Shown here piece after piece: positions 40,340 to 47,877 of a stretch of DNA of 47,877 bases. The notes under the pieces are model-generated. The model made no database searches. It was given only the letters and a program-made list of their open reading frames with translations, and was not told the DNA's origin. The DNA lies in the NCBI GenBank assembly GCA_018303045.1, contig JAGVYX010000035.1, forward strand, positions 1-47,877, given 5' to 3'. The first letter of the stretch is position 1. The number at the start of each line of letters is the position of its first letter. The position numbers and the translations under genes were made by a program. This DNA comes from Candidatus Woesearchaeota archaeon (lineage in GTDB: Archaea; Nanobdellota; Nanobdellia; Woesearchaeales; GW2011-AR9).

Positions 40340-40930
40340 ATGTATGACAAGACCGAAATTAGGATTTTGGAACAAATTTATCTTAATCCGGGGATCCATA
40401 AGAGAGAGCTTTCTAAACAGCTTAAATTAGGAATGCCCTCCATAGATTGCGGGCTTAAAAAAATAAATCAGTTAATTCAGCAGAAAAAGTCAGGGAATCA
40501 GATTAATTATTTCTTGGATTACTCCAAAGAAGCGCTTATACCATCGCTAAATACTGTTGAGCATTCCAGATTTGAAAGATTTCCAGCTAAAGTAAGATTG
40601 TCAGTAACCGATTTCTTAAGGGAATTAAAAGATAAACCTGTAATTGCTCTTATTTTTGGTTCTTATGCAAGCGGCACTTATACTAAGAACTCAGATATTG
40701 ACATTTTGTTAGTTTTTCAGAAAATTGAAGATTCTAAAGAAATTGAGAATACTGCTAAAAAAATAAGCATGAAAACAAACACGCAATTAAATCCAGTTTA
40801 TCTTAGCTACCAAGAATTCAAACAATCATTCCATAATCCAACCAATGAATTTTTCAAAAAGCTTAAGAAAGACAAGATAATTGCCGTTGGAATTGAATGG
40901 TGGAGGCAATTAATAGATGAAGAAGCCTGA
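40340..40930 (+). CDS. wHTH-fused minimal nucleotidyltransferase (MNT), antitoxin-type partner of HEPN
   Basis: ALIFGSYASGTYTKNSDIDILLVF is the GS-x9-D-x-D motif. The N-terminal ILEQIYLNPGIHKRELSKQL is the wHTH. The track ORF starts at 40277, and I prefer the ATG at 40340. Confidence 0.7.
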   Translation: MYDKTEIRILEQIYLNPGIHKRELSKQLKLGMPSIDCGLKKINQLIQQKKSGNQINYFLDYSKEALIPSLNTVEHSRFERFPAKVRLSVTDFLRELKDKPVIALIFGSYASGTYTKNSDIDILLVFQKIEDSKEIENTAKKISMKTNTQLNPVYLSYQEFKQSFHNPTNEFFKKLKKDKIIAVGIEWWRQLIDEEA

Positions 40931-41462
40931 TTGGAAGCTTTGGCTAAATGATAAAACAGAATGTAAGTTTTGGATGGATAATTATATCCGGAAAAAGATT
41001 CTTAAGAAAAGTTCAAATGAATCAAGATTGCATCTAAAAAGAACAGATCATAATTTAACTTTCGCTAATTGGATTATTGAAAAACATAAAGATGAAATTC
41101 CTGATGTTTTTGGCGACGATAATTTTTATGATTGGGTAATTAGTATTTATTACTATGCCATCTATCATGCTGCTCTTGCTCTTTTGAGTAAAGAAGGATT
41201 TACTTCTAAAAATCATTCTGCTACATTGGCTTTTCTAATTTATCACCACCATCATTCGCAGAAAGCGCTGGAGAAGGAAGATGTTGAGTTAATCGCTAGT
41301 TCTTTGGATAGGGAAGATATTGAAATTCTCGGCGTTTCCAAAGAATTGAGAGAAAAGGCCAGTTATGGCGTTCACGAATCTTTCGAGAAGAAATTAGCTG
41401 AACAGGTTAGGAAAGAGGCAGTTGATTTTGCGAATAAGATTAAGTTGCTGTTGAAATCATAA
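40917..41462 (+). CDS. HEPN-domain protein (toxin-type partner of MNT)
   Basis: YDWVISIYYYAIYHAALALLSKEGFTSKNHSATLAFL is typical of Pfam HEPN helices 1-2. It overlaps the MNT gene by 14 nt. Confidence 0.7.
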   Translation: MKKPDWKLWLNDKTECKFWMDNYIRKKILKKSSNESRLHLKRTDHNLTFANWIIEKHKDEIPDVFGDDNFYDWVISIYYYAIYHAALALLSKEGFTSKNHSATLAFLIYHHHHSQKALEKEDVELIASSLDREDIEILGVSKELREKASYGVHESFEKKLAEQVRKEAVDFANKIKLLLKS

Positions 41463-41531
41463 AAAGATAATTTCTCGGAAAACTGCGAAAGCCATAGCTT
41501 TTCATAGCTTTTGATTGTTTCTCAAAATTCT

Positions 41532-42191
41532 TTAAAGTTTTCTAAGCAGCAATAAGGGGTTGAGAGGAGCGCGTTTTTGATAATACTCATTAACAGTTCT
41601 CGGTTTATTTGGAATATAATAACATTCTAAATGTAAATGATTATAAGTCCGGCCATAAACTTTCCTTACATCTTTAGGAACAGCTATTTGTTCTGGCAAT
41701 CGCGAAATCCAGGGGGCTACTCTGCCCACAACCATATCACGATAAACCTGATCTTGGTTCTCCCAGCGCAAGACCGGATAACTTTCTGGCAAGAGTATAC
41801 CGGATGTATCTAAATGAGCCAGAATACAAAGCAATCCCAGCTTTTCGGAATAAACTCCCACATTCATCAAATCAGCAGTCCTGGGATCGGTTTGATGAAA
41901 AACTGCCTTTCCACGAATCGGAGAAACTACTTTTGTTCCTGCTGCGACTTGAAGGTCTAAACCCCGGTGTCGAGAATTTTTATCAGGGTCGTTATAATCC
42001 GGCTCGTTGAAATAACCAGCCAAGTGAATGTTAGGCGTATCTAAATCAATCGGCCAGCGCAAGGAATGCTTAAATTGTTGCAAAGCTTCCGGTAAAGTTC
42101 CGCCTAAATGCGATCCATATTCTCTGGATCGGCCAATAAAGTTAGATTTTCTGCAGCTTTTAATAATTTCAGATAAAGTTGATATTAACAT
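41532..42191 (-). CDS. M23-family (LytM/lysostaphin-type) metallopeptidase
   Basis: HRGLDLQVAAGTKVVSPIRGKAVF is H-x3-D plus a G..V....G.V strand, and NHLHLE is H-x-H. Confidence 0.75.
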   Translation of the reverse strand: MLISTLSEIIKSCRKSNFIGRSREYGSHLGGTLPEALQQFKHSLRWPIDLDTPNIHLAGYFNEPDYNDPDKNSRHRGLDLQVAAGTKVVSPIRGKAVFHQTDPRTADLMNVGVYSEKLGLLCILAHLDTSGILLPESYPVLRWENQDQVYRDMVVGRVAPWISRLPEQIAVPKDVRKVYGRTYNHLHLECYYIPNKPRTVNEYYQKRAPLNPLLLLRKL

Positions 42192-42264
42192 TTTTCAATC
42201 AAATAATGCAGTTTGGTGTTCAGTTACCTGCCATCCTCCCCCTCCCTATCTGGCTTCATAAATT

Positions 42265-42332
42265 TTATTGCTGTTTGGCCATCAATGATAAATACTTTGT
42301 GATGCATATTATGGGGATTCAAATCTTTGATT
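42265..42332 (-). pseudogene. 68-bp fragment copied from the PLD gene (second HKD motif)
   Basis: 67/68 identical to 31426-31493. The minus strand reads IKDLNPHNMHHKVFIIDGQTA. Confidence 0.9.
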
Positions 42333-42524
42333 TAAGTCTTTTATTTTCCCTAAACCGGCATATTTCCTGAAGTTGAAATTTAAACGACAACTAACTAATT
42401 TTGACCCTTCCAGAACTAAAGCATCAATGCCCTGCAATTTTCCAGCAGAGGGATTAGAACTGGAATGAAATCCAGCCAGAAACACATACTTCGCTTTTTC
42501 CGTCTCAAATTCAGTGTAAGCCAT
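42309..42524 (-). CDS. Short hypothetical ORF whose 3' end runs into the PLD fragment (possibly a truncated/chimeric gene)
   Basis: Its start lies 1 nt after the radical-SAM stop. The C-terminal ...GKIKDLNQRFESP* reads the PLD fragment out of frame. Confidence 0.3.
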   Translation of the reverse strand: MAYTEFETEKAKYVFLAGFHSSSNPSAGKLQGIDALVLEGSKLVSCRLNFNFRKYAGLGKIKDLNQRFESP

Positions 42525-42525
42525 T

Positions 42526-43737
42526 TTACACCAGCCTCCCGGTAAAAATATTATGCTTATCTCTCATTATTTTTATCTTAATTTTCTTGTCTTTAACATA
42601 CTGGCAATCAGGAACGGAAATAGTTCTATCTTTAGCTGCGGCAACCACCGAATTCTTAAAGCGGTCCGGGCATTTAATTACTGCCGTTACAATATCGCCT
42701 TCCTCAAACGGCTTTGGCAATTCTCTGGTTTCTTTAATGCTAAAATCAGTTTTATCTAACTTTAATTTGATCTGATGCTTCTGTTCCAATTCTTTTAATA
42801 AAGCATAAAATTTCTTCCAGGGAATTTCCTTGGCCGGATTGCGGCCGGGTTTATATTTTAAGAAATTTTGTATCCCTAAAATGGGCTGCTTAGGCAAAGT
42901 TTTAACCCAAATAATTATTTTTTCCAGCTCGTCATTATTATAACTATCGGTTAGCACCGGAGCCGCAATTACGGTTAATTTTTGAGAAGCATAAGATATG
43001 ATGGACTTAAGGTGTTCAACATTATAATTTTTTACTCCAGCCATCTGTTTAGCTTTCTCCGGATCAATCGCATCTAATGAAAGGTTCAACTGCAGCTTGC
43101 TATTTTTAGCTAATAAGTCTATTTTTTCCTTATTAAGCAAAGTGCCGTTAGTATCAATAGAAATGGCCTGTACTTTCTCCATCTGCTGAAGATCAGAAAT
43201 TAACTTGAACATATCTTCATACAAAAATGGTTCGCCCTGCACCCCGATATGAATTTCTACTGGCTCGTCAACAAAATTGATCAATATCTGCAGTTCTTCT
43301 AATAAATAATCTTTCTCTACCACAAAATCATGTTTTTTTGAACTTAACCCTTCCGAAATAGAACAGTAAATGCAGTCCAAATTGCAGGAAGTAACCGGTT
43401 TTATTTCAATAATTGAAGATTCCCGGTAGGCTATGCCGAAAGCTACATTGCCGATTAAGGGAATTCCTGAATTTCGATGAATATAAGTCGCGGAATTGCC
43501 GGTTAACTTATTTTTCAACTGTTCAAAATATTTGGCCAGCAGAAATGAAAATTTAGTTTCCGCTTTTTTCTGGTCAGGATGATTAAACTGCAGCTTATGC
43601 GGATCAACAAGAGTGAAAGAAGCTATTTCCTCAACCTCGGCTAAAGGGACTGATGCTGAAAATAAGTTAAGCAGGGTTACCTGCAGAGAATCATTTTGCA
43701 GATTAAAAGACAGCGTCTTAAAATTTAATTGAGCCAT
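42526..43737 (-). CDS. Radical SAM protein (archaeal COG2100-like, with a C-terminal TRAM-like extension)
   Basis: VTSCNLDCIYCS is the CxxxCxxC cluster motif, and the protein is 403 aa. Confidence 0.75.
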   Translation of the reverse strand: MAQLNFKTLSFNLQNDSLQVTLLNLFSASVPLAEVEEIASFTLVDPHKLQFNHPDQKKAETKFSFLLAKYFEQLKNKLTGNSATYIHRNSGIPLIGNVAFGIAYRESSIIEIKPVTSCNLDCIYCSISEGLSSKKHDFVVEKDYLLEELQILINFVDEPVEIHIGVQGEPFLYEDMFKLISDLQQMEKVQAISIDTNGTLLNKEKIDLLAKNSKLQLNLSLDAIDPEKAKQMAGVKNYNVEHLKSIISYASQKLTVIAAPVLTDSYNNDELEKIIIWVKTLPKQPILGIQNFLKYKPGRNPAKEIPWKKFYALLKELEQKHQIKLKLDKTDFSIKETRELPKPFEEGDIVTAVIKCPDRFKNSVVAAAKDRTISVPDCQYVKDKKIKIKIMRDKHNIFTGRLV

Positions 43738-43821
43738 AACTGCGCGTAAAGAAGGTATTTTTTAAATGTTACGGTTGAATTTACCACTAACGGGAGGCAT
43801 AGTATTCTGAAGCGGACAACC

Positions 43822-44121
43822 TTATTTCAGATATCTCATTTTGCTTCGATAATAATTCTTAACGGCTTTAACTGTAGGCGGAGATTTGGAAAACTGGCGA
43901 GGAAATTGGTCTACGGCTACTGCCAGAAGCAATTCCAGGCCTTCACCTGTTTGCTCCAAGTTTTTAATTAATTGAACCATAGTGGAAGGAACTGCTTCCA
44001 GAAAATTGGATTTAATCAAGTCCGCAGAGAGTTTGGCGTAAGTGGCATAGGCGACTAAAAGCTCACAGTACTCTTTCGGCCTTAAACTCAATAATTCCAG
44101 ATATAAAGAATAATTTTTCAT
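43822..44121 (-). CDS. Hypothetical protein (99 aa)
   Basis: ORF only. Confidence 0.4.
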   Translation of the reverse strand: MKNYSLYLELLSLRPKEYCELLVAYATYAKLSADLIKSNFLEAVPSTMVQLIKNLEQTGEGLELLLAVAVDQFPRQFSKSPPTVKAVKNYYRSKMRYLK

Positions 44122-44206
44122 TCAGGTTAAATTTAGTTCCTATTTTAAAAAGATTACGGGAAATTTTACACTAGTCAATAAAACCAAAATGCCAAAAACT
44201 ACAACA

Positions 44207-44306
44207 TTCTCAAACCCTAGACTAACTTCTCAAACCCTAGACTAACTTCTCAAACCCTAGACTAACTTCTCAAACCCTAGACTAACTTCTCAAACCCTAA
44301 ACTAAC
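44207..44306. repeat. 5 x 20-bp tandem repeat (ttctcaaaccctagactaac) in a divergent intergenic region
   Basis: Four perfect units plus a fifth with one g->a change. Confidence 0.95.
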
Positions 44307-44369
44307 TAAAATAACAAAGTAAAAATTAATTCAGATACTTTTAAAAATAATTATCATTTAAACTAGGCT

Positions 44370-44732
44370 ATGGATGAGTTTCAGGAATTAGGATTTAAAA
44401 TTGTGGATAAAGGTTCGGATATAGCGGGAATTGTTCTAGGCAAAGCTCTAGGGGCTGCTGTAGATGCTTATATCCAAGCCCAGGCTGGCATTGAAATTGT
44501 AAGAGATGGTGTTGAGCAAGCTGAAGACCTTGCTTCTACTGTGGCTCTCTGCGGCAATTTTGCTTTTTCTCTATACCGAGAACTGGCTTCTGACCCAGAA
44601 TATACACGCGGAAAAGCCTTCCAATGGGCGGTTTGCGCGGGATTGGGAGTAGCTCAGCCAGTTTATCTTAGCCGAAAAATTCATCGTGTTATGAAAAAGA
44701 CTTATCTGGACAGTATCTTTACCAGCCCCTAG
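44370..44732 (+). CDS. Hypothetical protein (120 aa)
   Basis: ORF only. Confidence 0.4.
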   Translation: MDEFQELGFKIVDKGSDIAGIVLGKALGAAVDAYIQAQAGIEIVRDGVEQAEDLASTVALCGNFAFSLYRELASDPEYTRGKAFQWAVCAGLGVAQPVYLSRKIHRVMKKTYLDSIFTSP

Positions 44733-44793
44733 ATTCTCTTCTGCCTCGCCATACTCGAAATAGTTAAAAACCACCGCTTTTCTTATTCTGGAT

Positions 44794-47277
44794 ATGAGTG
44801 AAAAAGAAACCATTCTGGACGCTGATCCTGCGGCTTTAACTCCCGGCATGCGGCAATACCAAGACGCTAAACGGGCTAATCCTGATTGTTTAATCATGCT
44901 GAGAATGGGCGATTTTTATGAGCTGTTTTATGAAGATGCCATTACCGCTTCCCGAGAATTGGAAATTACCTTAACTTCCAGAGGCAAGGGCGATAAAAAA
45001 GCTCCTTTAGCCGGCGTGCCGTATCATGCTCTGGAAGTTTATCTTAGCCGGCTGATCAAAAAGGGATACAAAGTTGCCATCATCGAACAACTGGAAGATC
45101 CCCGACAAGCCAAAGGGCTGGTGAAACGCGGATTAACCAGGATCGTTACACCGGGAACAGTGATGGAAGTCTCCATGCTTCCTGAAAAAGATAACAATTA
45201 TATCGGATCAGTTAGAAGTTCCGGAGATCATTTAACTGCGGCCATCTGCGATATTTCCACTGGCGAGTTCTGGGCCTGCAGTTATGAGCAGTTATCAGAT
45301 TTAACCAGTGAATTTACCCGGCTGGGGCTGAAAGAATGCCTCCTTCCGGAAAGTCTGAAAGTAAACCAGGAATTGATAACCAAAATTAAATCCTTAGGCT
45401 GTTTTTTAAATTTTCAAGAAGATTATCATTTTGCTGAACAGCCTTCCCGCCAGGTTCTATTAAATCATTTTAATCTATCTTCTATAGAATCATTCGGCCT
45501 GGAAACAAAAACAATTTCGGTGTGCGGCGGTTTATTGCATTATTTAACTGCGACACAGAAGAACAGCCTTCCTCAGATAACCAGAATATCGGTCAAAAAT
45601 AACTCCGAAACCCTGTTGTTAGATTCCAGCACAATTCGAAATCTGGAATTAATTAGAAACATCAGGGATAATGGCGCTAAGGGAACTTTGCTGTCAATTC
45701 TTGATCGCGCAGTTACCGCTATGGGGGCAAGATTGTTGAAAAAATGGCTGCAGGCGCCGCTGCTGAACAGGGAACAGATTACTCTTCGCCTTGATGCGGT
45801 AGCTGAACTGCAGCGGAAAGTTATCCTCAGGGAAGAAATAATTTCCTTATTAAATTCAGTTCAGGACTTGGAACGGCTTATCTCCAGAATTAATTACGGC
45901 AACAGCACTCCCCGCGATCTCTTAGCTTTGAGAAATTCCCTCCAAAACCTGCCTCCATTAAAGCAGCAGCTGGCCGGCGTTGAAAGCGATTTTCTAAGGC
46001 GCACTGCCGATTTTGACCCCTTGCCGGAGATTTATCAGTTAATCTCTGCCAGTATCCGCGATGATGCGCCGGCGGTAATCCGCGAAGGCGGAATGATTAA
46101 ACCAAACTATCATCAGGAACTGGATCAATGGCATCATCTGACTAAAAACAGCCAGACCTACCTGGCTCAGCTGGAAGAAAAAGAAAGAACCGCAACCGGC
46201 ATAAGTTCATTAAAAATTTCCTACAATCGCGTATTTGGATATTTTATAGAAATAACCAAAAAAAATCTTCATTTAGTCCCGGCTAATTATGTGAGAAAAC
46301 AAACCACTGCGGCGGGAGAACGCTATATTACTGAAGACCTTAAATTAGCAGAAGAAAAAATTCTTAGTGCGCAGGAAAAAATAGCCGAGCTGGAATACTA
46401 TTTATTTCAGGAAATCGCAGCAAAAATTGCCCGGAAAACTGTAATTATTCAAGAGACCGCCGCTAAATTGGCTGCTTTGGATGTTCTTTGCTGTTTAGCT
46501 AAAATAGCTATGGAATATAATTACTGCCGCCCGCAGTTGGCTGAACAGGGCTTTTATATCAAGAATGGGCGCCATCCGGTGATTGAACAGCTGCAGCCGG
46601 GGTTCATCAGCAACAATATTAATTTAGCCGCAGGAGAAATGATGATTATTACCGGGCCAAACATGGCTGGCAAAAGCACGGTTATGCGCCAGACGGCCTT
46701 GATCCTATTAATGGCGCAGATGGGTTCATTTGTCCCTGCTGAAGAATGCTTATTTTCTCCGGCAGATCGAATTTTTACCAGGATTGGAGCGCATGATGAT
46801 TTAAGCTCAGGCCAGTCTACCTTCATGGTGGAAATGCTGGAAACAGCCGCCATTTTAAATAATGCTACAGAAAACAGCCTGATTATCCTTGATGAAATTG
46901 GCCGCGGGACAAGCACCTTTGATGGAGTATCTATTGCCTGGAGCGTGGCAGAATATATTTATAATAAAATTAGAGCTAAAACTTTGTGCGCGACCCATTA
47001 CCATGTCTTAAATAAATTAGCTGAGAGATGCGCTGGAATAAAAAATTATAACATTGCGGTAAAGGAAGTTAACGGAGAATTAGTATTTTTGCATAAATTA
47101 GTTCCGGGAAGCACTGATCAAAGTTATGGCGTTCATGCAGCTAAATATGCCGGATTGCCTTTGGAAGTTATCGAGCGGGCTAAACAAATTCAATCCCTTC
47201 TGGAGAAGGATGATCAGATGATTCATAAAATCAAAGCTAAGAAGTTAGAAGAACAGCGCAGTTTGGAGGGATTTTGA
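44794..47277 (+). CDS. mutS: DNA mismatch repair protein MutS (MutS1 type)
   Basis: The N-terminus is TPGMRQYQDAKRANPDCLIMLRMGDFYELFYEDA, the Walker A is GPNMAGKST, and DEIGRGTSTFDG is present (827 aa). Confidence 0.95.
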   Translation: MSEKETILDADPAALTPGMRQYQDAKRANPDCLIMLRMGDFYELFYEDAITASRELEITLTSRGKGDKKAPLAGVPYHALEVYLSRLIKKGYKVAIIEQLEDPRQAKGLVKRGLTRIVTPGTVMEVSMLPEKDNNYIGSVRSSGDHLTAAICDISTGEFWACSYEQLSDLTSEFTRLGLKECLLPESLKVNQELITKIKSLGCFLNFQEDYHFAEQPSRQVLLNHFNLSSIESFGLETKTISVCGGLLHYLTATQKNSLPQITRISVKNNSETLLLDSSTIRNLELIRNIRDNGAKGTLLSILDRAVTAMGARLLKKWLQAPLLNREQITLRLDAVAELQRKVILREEIISLLNSVQDLERLISRINYGNSTPRDLLALRNSLQNLPPLKQQLAGVESDFLRRTADFDPLPEIYQLISASIRDDAPAVIREGGMIKPNYHQELDQWHHLTKNSQTYLAQLEEKERTATGISSLKISYNRVFGYFIEITKKNLHLVPANYVRKQTTAAGERYITEDLKLAEEKILSAQEKIAELEYYLFQEIAAKIARKTVIIQETAAKLAALDVLCCLAKIAMEYNYCRPQLAEQGFYIKNGRHPVIEQLQPGFISNNINLAAGEMMIITGPNMAGKSTVMRQTALILLMAQMGSFVPAEECLFSPADRIFTRIGAHDDLSSGQSTFMVEMLETAAILNNATENSLIILDEIGRGTSTFDGVSIAWSVAEYIYNKIRAKTLCATHYHVLNKLAERCAGIKNYNIAVKEVNGELVFLHKLVPGSTDQSYGVHAAKYAGLPLEVIERAKQIQSLLEKDDQMIHKIKAKKLEEQRSLEGF

Positions 47278-47449
47278 TTATTGATATGCTCCATTTTGTG
47301 GGCACGGATTAAGACCTTATTTACTACCAGACTGGAATAATTGAACGAAACATTTATACTCTGCGAATTTTTGAGGGGACAGAGAACAAGACTTTACTTT
47401 ACCTATAAATATTTTTTGAAAGAAGAAAGTATGGAGAACTTTGAAAAAT

Positions 47450-47848
47450 TCATTGTACACCCATTCTTGCTAAACTGCCACGAACTGCTTGAGTAAGCTC
47501 ATCTAAGGATGGTTGCTTAAAAGCACCATTTTCAACGCGCGCGACTAGCGCCTCCGGCGCTACCCCGACGGAACGACCGCTGCCGTAGAGAATGCTGCCG
47601 CAGCCAACGCCACCGCTACGGCCGCCAAGCAAGGCAACACGGCCTGAATCGATATTTTTATATCCATCGTGATGTGAACCAATTTGTTCATTTCCTTCAC
47701 TATCTAAGAATATAGCCTTTACTTGGTCTTCTCCACCCAATGGAATTGCTAAATCTGGATTTGTCAACTGCTCTTTAATTGGTCTGTATCCTGAAGGATT
47801 CTTTCTCGCTTCCTCAACAGAACGAACAACAGCATAAACAGCTTTCAT
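47450..47848 (-). CDS. Hypothetical Gly-rich protein (132 aa)
   Basis: ORF only, with a locally GC-rich centre. Confidence 0.4.
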   Translation of the reverse strand: MKAVYAVVRSVEEARKNPSGYRPIKEQLTNPDLAIPLGGEDQVKAIFLDSEGNEQIGSHHDGYKNIDSGRVALLGGRSGGVGCGSILYGSGRSVGVAPEALVARVENGAFKQPSLDELTQAVRGSLARMGVQ

Positions 47849-47877
47849 GTCTTTTAATGATCTTTTAAACTCAGGTG

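Noticed and set aside
44207-44306. CRISPR array (also considered for 30163-30262 and 40061-40232)
   Set aside because: The repeats are contiguous with no unique spacers, the units are 20, 25 and 86 bp, and there are no cas genes in the window.
44207-44306. Telomere-like repeat, because each unit contains aaccctag / aaccctaa
   Set aside because: The ccctaa-like word is only part of a 20-bp unit, and the array is internal to a gene-dense prokaryotic region.
1-47877. Alternative genetic code or stop-codon reassignment
   Set aside because: Long conserved genes (MutS, Lhr, PepF, DEAD-box) are open end to end under the standard code. The only in-frame stops are in the transposase relics.

Overview
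This is a 47.9-kb AT-rich chromosome fragment that I assign to an archaeon, probably a small-genome DPANN-type lineage. That assignment is an inference from ribosomal protein L15e, an archaeal-type SRP RNA, a PAC2 proteasome chaperone, TATA-like boxes 20-35 nt upstream of start codons, a class-III pilin-like signal peptide, and many short ORFans. I did not compute GC content. About 50 protein genes are supportable. Housekeeping and repair genes include a DEAD-box helicase, purC, oligoendopeptidase F, L15e, an Lhr-type helicase, MutS, a NurA-like nuclease, a radical-SAM protein and a dolichol-kinase-like protein. A ferredoxin / peroxiredoxin / unknown / Fe-Mn SOD operon is present. So is a set of secreted or surface hydrolases: a 967-aa pilin-signal protein with a lysozyme/SLT-like C-terminus, a Tat-signal phosphodiester glycosidase-like protein, a two-HKD PLD nuclease, an M23 peptidase, a transglutaminase-like lipoprotein and an alpha/beta hydrolase. 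There is one MNT-HEPN toxin-antitoxin pair. The ORF track misses one RNA gene, the SRP (7S) RNA on the minus strand at about 24943-25217. The most unusual content is non-coding. (1) Two copies of a ~120-nt conserved core are closed by unrelated but self-complementary outer stems, each just upstream of a + strand gene. This is a candidate new structured RNA or leader, and one copy carries a nested 64-nt insertion. (2) An 82-bp MITE occurs in three copies with clear 8-bp target-site duplications. (3) A second MITE family has TA-flanked ends, and a filled and an empty site both lie in the window. (4) Several exact duplications cover gene starts and gene ends, including gene debris that brackets the TA cassette and the M23 gene. 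(5) Several tandem-repeat arrays and a dispersed intergenic motif are present. There are two decayed IS transposases. I found no CRISPR array, tRNA or rRNA. All protein calls rest on motifs read by eye from the supplied translations, and no database search was possible.
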